Below, one piece after another: positions 1 through 13,275 of a stretch of DNA of 64,000 nt. The translations under genes were made by a program, and so were the position numbers. Under the pieces are notes generated by a model. It was not told the origin of the DNA, did no database searches, and worked only from the letters and a program-made list of their open reading frames with translations. Every line of letters begins with the position of its first letter. The stretch's first letter is position 1. This DNA comes from Takakia lepidozioides (Eukaryota > Plantae > Bryophyta): the NCBI GenBank assembly GCA_030704615.1, contig CM060732.1, forward strand, positions 14,136,001 through 14,200,000. Direction: 5' to 3'.

Positions 1-815
1 GGGTCCTGAAGCACACCACGTACGCTGTCGAGAGTCCCCAACCCCATTCTTTCCAGCAACTTCGCTATTTGCCACTGTTGCAAATGAACAATGTCATGCA
101 GGTCTTTGATGTGTTGTTCATGTGCGGCCAACTATTCCTCCAACAGAGAGCGTACCTCGCCCCCCTCCACCTCAGACGTTGAAGGCCCGGCTGCGGAAAC
201 CTGTTGCGGCGTATAATCTGGAGGTTGGTCTGCATTTCCTCTTTCTTCCACATCGTCGTTTCCATCCGCCTTTCCTCCTTCTTCCACCTCGTCGTTTCCA
301 TCAAACCGTATGATGTCCTGCCCCTGACGTATATACGAGTCTGGGATATCAGAGAACATGTATAGTCTAGTACGTTGTCTCGCAATGGCAGTTTGCCAAT
401 CCACCGGTCGCAATAAAATCAACTATGTGTACAACATGGCCGCAAATAAATACGGGACCTTGTTGTTGACGAGCGGTTGACCCCACAATGTTGTATGTAC
501 CTCCTCTGCCCTGTGGTGGAAATGCGGTTTGGCGCAGGAATGCAAACTAGCTTGATTTTGTTTGGTTTGTGGATCATGCCTATCTCTGGGCCACAAACGA
601 TTCATGTGACACCAGTCCACAAATTTCCTGCAGTCACCAAACGACCACCGCTGCCCCAACTTCCAAACTTCCCAACCTGGTTCCGCAAGAATGTTGGGGT
701 CATTGTATATGTCCCAACGAAGTTCGCGCCTGGCCCCTTTTGGTTTTTTTTTTTGAGGTCCAGGTTCATTATTGTCATCCCTGGGATGACCTCATTTGTC
801 TTCCTCCTCCGCCAT
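1..815 (-). pseudogene. unknown cargo gene, decayed, runs off the window start
   Basis: ATG at 815 (MAEEEDK). ORFs 423..659 and 132..422 share a frame, separated by a single TAG. Frameshift in the poly-T at ~745. TATA-like motif near 1180. Confidence 0.45.
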
Positions 816-1239
816 TTATGGCTTTGGCTTATCCCTACTCGATAGGTGTTTGCTAAGAAAAATGCTCTCCCAACCCTCCTAAATCATACCTAATCCTACT
901 CCCTAATGAATCCTCCCCAAGTACTAGAGGCACGTGTCACTCCCTCGGCAGTTCTAAGTGATATAACGCAATGTGCAATGAAAAAAATGTGGGTGCTAGA
1001 GGAGGGCTTCCCGGGAGGTACTCAGCATCGATTTCGTAGAATCCAACGGCCCAAAATACCCCCCACCCAACCAAAAGCACCCCTCTCTACTTGGACTCAA
1101 TGACAAGGAATGCAACATCCCATCGCCTACCAAGTCCTGGTGTGGAGAAAAGTGACGGAGAGAATGGCCTCCAAGGCCTTATAAGCCCCCCCTCCACACT
1201 CGGGGCGTGCGTTGTCATCATGACTACGCACGCTAGTAA

Positions 1240-1975
1240 TAGCTGCGACCGCCAGCAGGGGTGGTCGCACCTTTTTTTCTTTTCTTTATTATGTGCGACC
1301 ACCAGCAGAGGGGTGGTTGCAGAATTTTTATTTTTTTTAATAGGTACGACCACCACCAGGGGGGTGGTCGCAGATTTTTATTTTTTTTAATCAGCAGGGA
1401 GGTGGTCGCATAATTTTTCTTTTTTTTAATAGGCGCGACCACCAACAGAGGGGTGGTCGCAGAAATTTTGTTTAAAACAAATAGGTGCGACCACCACCTG
1501 CTGGTGGTCGCACTATTTTCATTTTCTTTAATAGATGCGACCACCAGCAGGGGGGTGGTCGTAGGGGGGTGGTCACATAATTTTCCGATTTTTTAATATC
1601 TACCAACAGTCAGTAGCTCAATTGGTTAAGTGCACTGAATGCGACCCGGACGATTATGGGGTCAAATCTTGCTACTTGATGGGTGTGGTATGGTTCGTGT
1701 GTGGTGCCCCATTCCTACGCCTCTTGGCGCATAAATGAAAGAGGTTATTTTCTCCTCTCACTACTAAGGGGCCTGATTTGTGAGCTGTCGCTCCCAGGTG
1801 TTTCCCAAAAAAATAAAAAATCTGCAACCACCAGCAGGGGTAATCAGTAAATCAGTAAATAGGTGTGACTACCAGCAGGGGCATGGTTGCAACATTTTTC
1901 TTTTATTTTAACAGTTGCGACGACCGCTACTGGTGGTCACACAATTGTTTTTTTTCTTAAAGGTGCGACCACCAG
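1240..1975. repeat. array of inverted motif pairs TGCGACCACC-N-GGTGGTCGCA with A/T-tract spacers
   Basis: Motif starts at about 1244, 1294, 1345, 1434, 1486 and 1536, resuming at 1820-1975. Confidence 0.85.
1608..1820 (+). mobile_element. tRNA-derived SINE (putative)
   Basis: A-box TAGCTCAATTGG at 1614-1625, degenerate B-box GGGTCAAATCT at 1659-1669, A-rich tail at 1807-1820. It interrupts the motif array. Confidence 0.5.
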
Positions 1976-2293
1976 GAGATTGGTCCCCTTGCACCTGTAT
2001 GTATGTTTGGAGAGGCAGATGAAAAGCACATGTATCGACTCCCCATGGATTTGTGAAGGGGAAGATGAATGTTGGGAGCTGCACCTGACTTTTGTGGCTT
2101 TCGAAACCATAATAGGAAATCAACAATGTAAAGGTAATGACGAAACACAAACACACGCACAACCACCAAACCCTTTCTTGGGTACACATATTCCACCATT
2201 TTTATTTCCGTACACGTATACATGTACCCAAACTGAAACATGGATATCCATGGAAACATACTACACATCATGTGACAGAAGTTATAGCTGTAC

Positions 2294-5256
2294 CTAATTC
2301 TGTCTGGCACGACGACGATGGTATGATCTTACGCCTAGTACAAAATCTTTGTCCCCACTCACTTCACCCCCGTTCCCATGATCAGTACTAGAATCATGAT
2401 CTCCATCTATTCTTTCGTTTCCAGAAGCAACTGGCCATTGGACCTGTAGTCGTCCTCGGAGTACGTTCAGTTGTCTCTCTGGTCGATTTCCACTCCTATC
2501 ATGAATACCATCTAGGGTATCAGGCCTGTTCACAAGTCGATCACCAACAAAAGGTTGCACAATTCTCTGCCATTTTTGGGCTTGTCCCGGATTTCGTGGT
2601 GGCCTTCGAGCAGGTCTCATATGAGGAAGGCTACTCGCACGTACATCAGGGGGGCCGACATGAGAGAAAGGGGCATGAGATGGACCAGCGAGGGTCGAGG
2701 GAGCACGGTTCACATGTGGACGTCGTCGGGCCAGATGAAACGACAATGGCCGGTCGTTGTCATCCGATGGTTCGACTTGCAGAAGTCCCGCAGCAGAAGA
2801 AGCATCTCTCAGGATCGGAATAACGATGGAAGGAATTACATGAGGGGGAGAGAGACTAGATGGACCAGCATGGGATGGACCGGCTTGAGAAAGAGAAACA
2901 TAAGATAGAGCGGGATGAGATGAAGCACGATTCACAGGGGCACGATGTCGGTGAAAGAATGACAACGGCCGGTTGTCATCATCCGACGATTCGATCTGCA
3001 CATCTCCCGTAGTCCGTGGAACTCGTGGTGGGGGAGAGTTGACCTCAACTTCATTGTTGAGAGTGTGCTCCACTGGGGGAAGGGGGTTCGCAATTGGGAT
3101 GACACCATGTTGCAGTTCATCAACAACAAGGTCATCGAAGGATGGATGCATTGCAACATCATCATCATTAAATTCATATGGGTCATGTGGAGGATTGCCC
3201 ACATCATCGCACCCATCCCAACCATCGGAGTCGGAGTCCCTCGTAGCGTCAGTGTCATCATTGCTGCTAGATTGGACCTCTGAGGCAGATTCTTCAGACA
3301 ATAGATTCTTCTCGTACCATGCAGATGCGTCACTTGTTCTCCTATCTCGCGGTAGCCTACAATTTGTGTAGACATAAACCAATTTGTCAGCCCTGGCAGG
3401 ATTCAACCTGTTGCGAATCTTGTTGTGAACAAACGAGTAACTGCTCCAGTTCCGCTCACAAGACGAGGCAGAGCACATTTGAGCAAGAATACGCTTTGCA
3501 ATGGGAGATAACGTTCTTGCTCCAGCTCCAATCAGATCCCACCATTCATGTGGGGCAACATGTTCATTGCTTTTGGATCCGGCATGTCATGGAAAGGATT
3601 CTGTCGATTCGAGAAGCGGTGGTACTCGGACAACGCTCGCTCTGCCATGTTCAAGGGCGCAAGTTGCACAATGACCCGTACAAGCCCAACTTTGGCATCC
3701 ACATCGTCTCTCAAATCCGTATTGTCCAGCAAGAAAGGATTCAGCAAGGCCCCCGCATAATGCAAGTCCGTGCGAACTATCCGTTTGCGGTCGTAAAATG
3801 CATCCTCGGTCCTTGCCGCCAAATCATCGTCCATAGAAAATAGAGGATGCCTCAAGGATTGCACGTGCTTCTCAAGGTTTTCCAATATCAACCATGTTTT
3901 ACCCATTATTGGTTGTTTTCCATCAAACTCCCGCAAAGCAATCAACATTGGCTCCACCATGTACACAAAATTTGCACATTTCGCCCAGAAATCGTCGAAG
4001 CGAATGATTGCGCGGACCCTCCAACTTTTGCTCAAAGACTTGGACTTACAAGAGTCGAGTAAGGTGCCTACATACGCATCCCATTGAGGGTCAATGATCA
4101 CCTGCTCCAGACCCGCCCTCACAGTCACCAGTCGATCCATCATAAAAAAGTTTGTGGCAAAGCGGGTTTCACCCGGGTTCCTAAGGCTGTATTTGGGTTC
4201 ATGCTTTCTAAACAATGCCAGAGGGATGTAATGTGTACGAATGAACGTCACAACCGCTTTGCCCTTTTTACTAGTTGTTTAATCCATGATTCTTTTCCCC
4301 AATCCTCCAAAAGGAGATCAAAGATATGAGCAGCACACCCTTGGTAATATAGATGGGGATATCGTACCATCAAAATATCGGCCATATTAACCATGTTAGA
4401 TGCATTGTCCGTGCACACTTGGACAATTTTATCAGCTCCAATTTTATCGATGTAACTCGTCAACAACCCTGCTTGATAACGTGCATCTTTTCTCTCCCCG
4501 CTTGTGTCAACGGATCCCAAAAATTGTTCCCCCGCAGGACAGACCAGCATGACATTGAACAGTGGTCGATTAGTAACAGAACTCCAACCGTCCGCACATA
4601 TAGTGCTTCCATATTTCCGGAGAGAATCACCTGTCTTTTCATTCACCATTTGGGTGAGGTCAGACATAGCCTCTTCTAGCAATCATGTGCAGAGATCGCG
4701 ATAACTCGGAGGTGTGTATGTGGACTTGGAATCGGACGTGGCTTTGACAGCAGCCACAAACGCAGGAAGCCTCGAGACATTGAACGGAATATTGGACTCG
4801 TAGAAAAATTGGGCCCACTTCTTATCCAGAGTCCTCCTGTGCGACAAATTTAAGCCTTCTTGCATTGATTGTTGCCTCAATGGTCTGGTCCGTACAAGTG
4901 CTGGCGTACAATCGGGTGTTGCTCCCGACCCATCGGCTTCTCCACGAACAGTAGACGCCTCGCAAGAATCCCCCTGGGTACAACTCTGAGGGACAGTTTG
5001 ATTCGAACCTGGAGTGTTTGGCTCAGAAGCCGCGGCCACATCAAGAGACGGTGGAATATTGCCTCCACATTGGGCAAAGTGGGCTTTCACTCGCATGGAG
5101 GCTTTTGGGCACAAACTAACCCCTGCATTCTTCCCATCTCTGTAGCCGAGGTGATATAACATGCGATCTTTGCGACCCGCCAGCTTCAATGCACAAAGAT
5201 TGCATTGAACACCGTCCTTTTTGTGCGGGTCTTTGGTGAACCAAGGGATCCACTCC
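2294..5256 (-). pseudogene. hAT transposase (BED finger, DUF659/DDE core, hAT dimerisation domain)
   Basis: Motifs WFTK..QCNLC..MLYHL (BED), TICADGWS, VQVCTDNASNM, CAAHIFDLLLED, PGETRFAT and SASSCERNWSSYSFVHNKIRNRL. Broken by a TGA at 4683 and frameshifts near 4250 and 3540. Confidence 0.9.
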
Positions 5257-5399
5257 TAGGCCCGAGAGTAATATGAGATCAATCAAAATCCGTTCAATGG
5301 GCCAACGGATTGTTGCCCATCCAAATGATTTTTGTTCGTTTGGAGACTTGGCCAGTGTGTTCAATGTACCCTCTGATAGGTCCCAGTGTAATATAAGAT

Positions 5400-6460
5400 C
5401 AATCGTTAACGATTAATCATGAATCATCCAACAGGGGAACTGTTGGTTCACCCTTTGAGCCATTTTACATCGACCTCATACTTGTCTGGGAATTTTAAGA
5501 GGGCATGTACAAGACACTCGCAAAGTTTCAAATCAATCCAAAATCATTTGGCAGGAGAATGATTGGTTCACCCATGGCCAATTTCAGGGGCTGAAATTGC
5601 CATTTGAGGGGCTGGACTTGCAATTTGAGGGGCTGGACTAGCAATTGCCATTTCACAGGCTACAGTTGCAATTTGAGGGGTTGGAATTAAATTCAGGGGC
5701 TTGAATTGCAATTTGAGGGGTTGGAATTGACAATTTCAAGGGCTCAAATTACAATTTGAGGGGCGGCCGGAGTTGGCCATTTTAGGGACTGACATTACCA
5801 ATTTTAAGGGCTTGAATTGCATTTTGAATTGTAATTGAAGGGTTAGAATGGGCCATTAGGGGGCTAGAATTACCAAAGCAATGACATCCAAAGCAGTGAC
5901 ATCCAAAGCAATATAAAATCATTTGATAGCGGAATGATTGGTTCACCATTTCAACCATTTTTTTATTCACGTCATAATTGTCCGTTACCTGTAAGCCTGC
6001 CTGTAAGAGGGCATGTGGCAGACACTTGCAAAGCTTCAAAGCAATGTAAAATCATTTGATAGGGGAACAATTGGTTCACCCTTTCAACCATATTTGACTG
6101 ACCTCATACTTGTCTGGTACCTTTAAGATGGCATGTGAAAGACACTGGCAAAGCTTCAAAGCACTCAAAAATCATTTGATATGTTCATGATTGATTCACC
6201 CTTTCAACCATTTTAGATTGACTTGAAACTTGTGAAAGACCTGTAAGAGGGCATGTACAAGACACTTGCAAAGTTTCAAATCAATTTAAAATCATTTGGT
6301 AGGGGGACGATTGGTTCACCCTTTAAACCATTTTAGATTGATGTCATACTTCTCAAAGACGTGTAAGAGGGCATGTAGAAGACACTTGCAAAGTTTCGGA
6401 GTAATAAAATATCATTTCATCGGGGAAGTTTCCGTTCACCCTTTCATCCAATTTTGAATT
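5400..6460. repeat. tandem repeat of ~120 bp (about 6 copies) plus a ~23-bp TTGCAATTTGAGGGGCTGGA microarray
   Basis: Recurrent AATCATTTG..TTGGTTCACCCTTT..AAGAGGGCATGT..AGACACTTGCAAAG; short units at 5580-5870. Confidence 0.8.
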
Positions 6461-6840
6461 GAACTGGATTTTTACTAAATAAAATGATTTAGAGGGCATA
6501 GGATTGTGGATTTGTGGGGTGCAATGATTCGAGCAACAATCATGAACTACCACGCTCTCACCCATTCGGAGCAGAAGAAGCTATGCATCCAGAACTGTCC
6601 TGTGGACTTCTCAGTCGCTATAGGCCCAATGCCTCTGACCCAGGAGGTTTGAGCGCTCAGCTGTCATGTCATCTGCGTCATGTACACTGTCACTCTTCAA
6701 GATTCGTGGGTGTGGTGCTTGATTATCCCATATGATGGACCCAGGTGCCATGACCAAGTAACAAACCATTAAAACATGATGGTACGAGACAAACACAATT
6801 GAAAACAACATTTATTCAAACATGATGTACAGTTAGAGGT

Positions 6841-8349
6841 CTACAAGTTTCTATCCATCCTCCACCAATTTTTGGGCTCAGGCCAATTGAATAGCCCCGT
6901 CATGAAACGCTTCACAGCATTTTCTAGTTTGTACCGCAATTCTACTATGTTTACACACAAGTTTTCTAGAGCCGAAGCAAAACAGGTTCCAATAGATATA
7001 TCGTTGAACAGGCTTGCATCGAACGTGTTACCCCCATTTATTGCCTGGGCTATCTTCCCAATTGCAAAGGTCTCTGAAGGCACGGTTAGAGGGGGCCTCC
7101 GAGGTATGCCATCTGACTGGTTGTTGGTTACATTATGAACAATTGCAATTCTAGGTGCAATCCACCATCTATGTGCGAGAGTCTTTATCATCTTGTCTCT
7201 GCTCTCGAAAATGTACAACGTGTTTTTTGGGTCATCCGTCGTGGAGGCCATCCCCCAATCACATACCCCGATGTACACATCTTCAGACCCTTGTGGAAAA
7301 TGCAACAAGATGTTGTCGGGGGACATGTCGTTGTACAAGAGGTGGTGATTATGGACGTTGAGCATGATGTGCAAAAGCGCCCATTCCAATTGGGTGCGAT
7401 TCTGTCAAAATCGAACTAGTCGGTTGACCTCCTGCATTTCCTGCTCCGTCCCCCGTCGTTCTATTAACTCCCTGTTATCCCGATCATTCCCCCATTTCCT
7501 GTCAATACTCAACCATGATCGTATGGTCCCCCCATTCCACCAATGTGTGTAACCTTCATTTCGACGTGGATGCAACGCAAAATACTTTATGATGCCGAAA
7601 TGATGAAACTTTACAGCCAACGCCTCATTGTTATGTTGGACTTTGACAAGCTCAGCATTTGTTTCCCTGGGCGTTTTCCTTGCTAGCTCCCAGGATGGAG
7701 GAATGAATTGATCCCCAACAATTCTAACCCTCCGAATTGTACCATACCCTCTCTGTTTGGGCGCGTCGAGTTGTTGTACCTGTGCGTTTGTGGATATGTA
7801 TCTCACGTTCAATGCTGCATCCACGGACGAGGACCCTGCCTTCCATGGGAGTGGTTTCGTACGTCGTTTGGCGTGGGCCTTTGCCATGTCAGACCACCAA
7901 TCCACAAGCACAAACAACTCCTCCTTCGAAGTTGGCATGCGACCTTCAGCTATAGGTGTTCTCGTAACAAACATGTCCATGGTTTGTCTCAGATTCCATG
8001 TGGCATCATGGGCCCGGTCCTCCATCCATTTCGTGAACTGGAACTTCGCCCTGTCCTCCTTCCATTCATCCCCGGCCAAAGCCTCCCTCATTCTCATCTC
8101 CATATTGTGCCGGAATCTAAGGAACCCCTCATTCCCATGTCGGACATACAAAAGATTCAAACGCGTTATGTCATTGTCCTTCAAATAATCCAGCACTACT
8201 TACTTCACCACCTTCGCGGCCTCTGCACTTGGATAGTCTTTTTTGTTGACCTGACTATCCCGTTCATGTGCATGTTTACGCTCCCTACCTTTACGCCCAC
8301 TTCTTGAGGAACCCCCTGACAATGCGTTCGAAGCAATGTTTTCGGACAT
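6841..8349 (-). pseudogene. protein kinase-like gene (~502 codons, two in-frame stops)
   Basis: One continuous frame from ATG 8349 (MSENIAS) with TAA at 8200 and TGA at 7405. Motifs RGYGTI (Gly loop), LARK, YNDMSPDNILL (catalytic loop), VCDWGMA (DFG-like) and WWIAPR. Confidence 0.75.
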
Positions 8350-8689
8350 GATGAAAGTACTCTGCGGAATAAACGCGGCTTCGTATCGGAAAACTAAACC
8401 CAGACCATTGATAACCTTATATACTAGCGGACCAATTTCCTCACCCTCTATTGGTATAGTACCCAAAGCAAACCGTCTCCCGCAGTCCCAGAAAAAAAAG
8501 GCAAAAACTCCTCCCCCCCACGGCTCAGTCTTGGCCACCGAAGTTGAAACTCCAAGAAGCCCCATAACCGCACTCACAAAGAGGGAAAAAAATGGGAGGG
8601 GAATGGGGGGTAAGCCCTTATATACTGCCTTGAGCGGCGCGCGACCGCCTCTGCTGCCCATTCGTGCCTCGCCACGTGTCCAGGTAGCG

Positions 8690-9180
8690 GTCGCACCTAT
8701 GGGTGGTCGCAACTAATAACAAAACAAAAAAACGGCTGTGACCACTCCCTGCTGGTGGTCGCACCTTCTTAAAAACAAAAAGAAAATGTGCGACCCCCCC
8801 CCCCAAGCGGTCGCACCTAATAACAAAACAGAAATTTTTTGCGACCACCACTGGATGGTGGTCGCACCCATTTAAAAAATAATTAAAAATGTGCGACCAC
8901 CCCCTGCTGGTGGTCGCACCTATTTAAAAAAAATGAAAATGCTGTGACCACCACCTGCTGGTGGTCGCACATTTTTACTTATTTTTTAAATGGGTGCGAC
9001 CACCCTCTGCTTGTAGTCGCACCTATTTTTTTAAAAATAAAAATGCTGCTGCGACCACCACCTACTGGTGGTCGCACCCATTTAAAAAACAAGTAAAAAT
9101 GTGCGACCACCCCCTTCTGGTGGTCGCACCTATTTTATTTTATTTTTTAAATGTGCGACCAACCGTTGCTGATGGTCGCA
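8690..9180. repeat. ~52-bp periodic array of TGCGACCACC/GGTGGTCGCA inverted pairs
   Basis: Starts at 8737, 8789, 8840, 8892, 8943, 8995, 9050, 9102 and 9154. Confidence 0.9.
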
Positions 9181-9587
9181 TGATTGACAATATAAATCAT
9201 AATATATGAATTTTACAGATAAATAATGAATTCCATGTGATGGGGCCACATCGGTTGCCACGTCGGTTCTCATAATAAATAGTCAATAGTAAAGTAAAAA
9301 AATGAACATAATTATGTACGGTAACGTCCGTTTTGGACGTGACGTGACGTGACGCATGTCCGTCGCTGACGTCAGACGTGACGCTGATGCGTCAACGCCA
9401 CGTCACGTCCAAATTTGCAACTAGGGTTGACCCAGCGATAGGCGGGGGGTGGCTTGGGCAGGAATTTCCTGACTTTGATTATAACCACATTGGTTTGGGC
9501 AGGATGGGTCAGACAGGGCAGGTGGAGGTGGAGGTGGAGATGGGACGAACTGGCTGGGGTTTGAGTTGATTAATATGTCGATGGATA

Positions 9588-12505
9588 TCAGAAGTTGGAA
9601 GGGAGAGGAAGATGAAGAGGGGGAATGGGGTTGTTGTGGGAGAGGTAGTTCGAGTAGGGTAAGGAGAGAGAAGCAGGAAGAGAGATAGATGGAATATGCC
9701 TGCAGACAGATTTTGAGGAGGATTCATTGCGACACAGGAGCCAACAACATTTAGAGTCTCTTTTGTCAGCATAAAAAATGAAGCAAGGGGAGGGGTTTTG
9801 TGGAACCTGGTCCATTTTGGTGATGACGTCCTCCATGTTGGGCTCCGGAGCTGGAACTGCAGGCTGAAGTGGAGGTAGATCTTGATGGGCGGTTGGCTGG
9901 AGAGGCAGGTGAATGTGGAGTGTCATGCTGCGAAGGGCCTGATGCTGCTGGTTGACTTGGCATTGAGGGGGCAAGCGCCACAGAGCGGGTAGAAACACTT
10001 GATGAGGAGGATGGCGAGGGCGGGGGCTTAGCCCCGTAGAGGTGGTCCCGCGTCCGCTGGAGGTCCCCTCTGTGGTTTTCCTCGTCTATCTCTGCTTCCA
10101 CAATTGCTTCTAGCATAGCAAAGGCATTGGTGAGAGTTTCTCTGAACCTTGGCTTGAGTTTGGCAGCCCCTCTTGGTTCCGAGAGAATGTTTTTCCTTAC
10201 CCAAGATGTACCTGTAGTGGCTGCATCCCATAGATATCCGCTTCTTCCATAAGAGCCAGGATGTGTGCCACAGGGTTACAACTGAGCCCTGGGAATTTGA
10301 CCAAGAAGGATCCCCATGAGACTTTGGTGGTGCCTGACAAGTGGTAGTGCGGTTGAAAAGCCTGAAAGAATTCTTGAATTTTTTTCTTTAGCATATTTTC
10401 GGGGCAGTTGGTGGGCGAGCTGTTTGCAATGAATGTCGGACATCCTGCACAGTGATCCATAGAGATGCAAAGTCCCCCCAAGCCACTTCAGTGAGAAGGA
10501 AGGACATTGGCGGTCCTTTCTTGAAAATTAGTGGAGAAATGCAGGAAGCCTTTGGGATGTCCGCAAAGTCGATCTCTGAGGAGCAGCTGAGGGACAAGCC
10601 TGGGAATGTTTTGATACTTGCGAGTGTCTTGGCAATGGCAGAGTGGCATGCAATACCCGTGGTGACCACAGTGTTCGAAGGCTGTGGAGATCTGTTGGGA
10701 AGAATGCCCGAATCCGCCGAAGGTGGGGTGGGTGTATGCAAAACCCCCCCTACTGGTATCCATTTGCCTTTACATGTGCTGATTCCAGTCTCATTGGGTC
10801 TGTAGAGTCTCGGACTTTTTTAGGGATTGGAAGAGAGGGGCTGATGTGTTGTGGTCTAGAGCCAGGGTTATCTGTTGGACTCTTGATTTGCAGTAGATCT
10901 GTAGGGTCGTCCGATGAATAGGAGGTGCCTCTGGCTCCTACAAGGTGTGTCCTGACCGGAGAGGAGCTTTCCCCTGGGTGATGGATAGGGGCAAGAGAAG
11001 AATTGTTGGCTCTTCCTCCTCCTCTTTTCCGTTTCCCTTCCTTACAATCCGCTTTGATGTGGCCTACTTTGCCACAGTTGAAACATGCCATAGATGCAGT
11101 ATCCTCCACAAGCCTAATGGTGTAATAGTTGCCTTTTTTGTCAATGGGCAGCCTTACAAAGGGCGGATTGTATCTTCATTTGGCATCATAATGACCATTT
11201 TGGCACTGCCGGAATCATTTAATCTTGAAGCGATTGTTGCTGATTTCCAAGCTATGTTTTTCCTGATCTTGTCAGTGCTCATGAAAGGATCAAATACAGA
11301 AATGCAACCAAGGAAATAGCCAAAGAGCTTAGCAATGTCTGGCAGGTTATACAGATACTGATCTGGTATGGAAAGGATAGAGACAATTCTTGGCCCCCAA
11401 AGCTTGCCATTTCGATTCCCCATCCTAGATGACCATGGGAATATGTTGACGTTCAGCCCATTGAGGTGGGGGTTGAAGTTCAAGGCTTGAGCTGCCGCTT
11501 CCTTGGATTCAAAAACAATGGTGAAGAACCTCCTACCTTTGGCACGGCAAAAGTGTTGGTTCAGTTCTCCTGATCCCCCTAGGTGACAGCATGCCCAATC
11601 TCTCACATGTGCCCTTGATACTTTCCTTCCGGGGAAGTGAAGCAAGATCCCATTGTCTTCCATGTCCGAGACCCTGGTGAGCATTTCGTCGATATCCATA
11701 TCCACCATTAGGAAATTGCCATTCATCGCCTCCTGTTCTTCTGCGTTGTCGTTGATTTGATCAAGCAGATCGACTGGAGGGGCCAGATCCAGGCGTTGCT
11801 GGAGTTGCGTGGGCTGTCTGCTCGGATCGGGAGGAATATGAGCTACACGGTCGAAGAATCGAGCTGGGGAGGTGGGCTCCATCAGCTACGGGTGACTCGG
11901 GAGGGATGATTGTGCCTGATGGGCCAGAAAGAAGCCCGTCCCAGAGGAGGGTTGGGGGCAGAATGCGTGAGGGAATCTAGGGGGACCTGATAGCGGGCGC
12001 TTCCAGTGCTTGTTGCCATTCCTGAGATGGGATGAGCTGAGGGGCCCCATCGTTGTAAGAGTAGCTAGAGGTTGGGGAGGAGCAGGCACGGGCACCAGCG
12101 GGGAGGAAAAGTGAGTAGAGGTAGCAGTGTAGATCTCGCGCGAAGAGCTTGACTCAGGAGTGAGGAAGCAATGTGGGCTTGGTTGGCGGGGTGGTGGTGG
12201 GGGCGATTGGGGGGCCGACCAAGTGGCAGAGGGGAAGTTATAGGACTTGAAGGTGACGGCAGCAAAGGATGATGAGAGGACAAGAGGAGAGAGCAAGTGC
12301 ATGCAAAACAGGTGCAATGGAAATCTGTTAAAGCAAGTGCAAAAAATATTAGTATTAGGATTGAGTTATCCGTCCTGGAAGACTGTTTGTACAGCCACGC
12401 CAGAAGCGATCGCGAAGGTGAGGCAATGAGAGAGACGAAGAGACCGTTGGGGATCTCTCTCTCTCACCACAAACTGCGGAGCTCCTCCGCCGCTCCATCT
12501 CCCTG
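9588..12505 (-). mobile_element. L1-like LINE relic: ORF1 (DUF4283-like + zinc knuckle); no ORF2 seen
   Basis: FTIVFESKEAAAQALNFNPHLNGLNVNIFPWS (11154..11882) followed by CFNCGKVGHIKADC (10750..11109); fragmented by stops. Confidence 0.65.
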
Positions 12506-13275
12506 ACTATTCTTGTCTTCTAATTGGCTTAATTTATGAACAGAATCTATCGATTTATTAAGTGATATTTGACTTGGTACTTGGTATTTAGGAATTTCAT
12601 CCTTAGCAAGTAGTAATTTACAACTTCGACATATAAATATTTATTCGTTTGTATTATCTGTAATATCAATTTTTTCATAATTATAAATATTAAGTTTTTT
12701 TTTTGAATTTTTTTGTAAGTTTGGATATTTATTTTTTGAAACATAGTCTATGACAACATATGCATGGATGTATTGGAATATCAAGCAATTTTTCAGTATA
12801 TTGGTATTTATGATTATCTGATGAGTTTGAACTAATTTCGTCCTCAACATTTTAGATTGAAATTGGAGTGGATGCAGAATTCTCGTTACTTAGTTGTACA
12901 GTGTTTGGCATATTGTCAAGTTGTATTATTGAACTATCAATATGTTTTGCAGCATTTCTTCGTTTTTAAATGGTATACTTTAGGTGAGAGTAGATTTGAG
13001 AGAACGATAGTTGTAAATTTATTTGTTGTATTGCAAAAAATGTGTTTGATTCCATTAAATTAAACATGATATTGTCATGAATAGATAACCATTTAAAACG
13101 TATTGGTTTAGTGTGAACGTTCATACATTCATTATTGTCTACAGATAATTGGAAATTAGTGGTTGTCACATGGTTTGCAATGTTTGGATGAACTTCTAAA
13201 CAATTGCGATCAGAGCTGGGTGTCATTTCGAGTATGTGTTGGGATCGCTATTGATATATCCTCACATATGGGACT

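Larger units (their letters stand above)
1..9423 (-). mobile_element. hAT DNA transposon with cargo genes; only one terminus is in the window
   Basis: hAT transposase at 2294-5256. The putative terminus ...CGTCACGTCCAAATTTGCAACTA ends at 9423 (reads TAGTTGCAAATTTGG on -) after (GACGT)n subterminal repeats. The same TGCGACCACC/GGTGGTCGCA arrays occur at 1.2-2.0 kb and 8.7-9.2 kb, linking the region. The other end and the TSD cannot be verified. Confidence 0.6.

Noticed and set aside
1608-1680. Functional tRNA gene
   Set aside because: Degenerate B-box, no convincing acceptor stem, and it continues into an A-tailed body.
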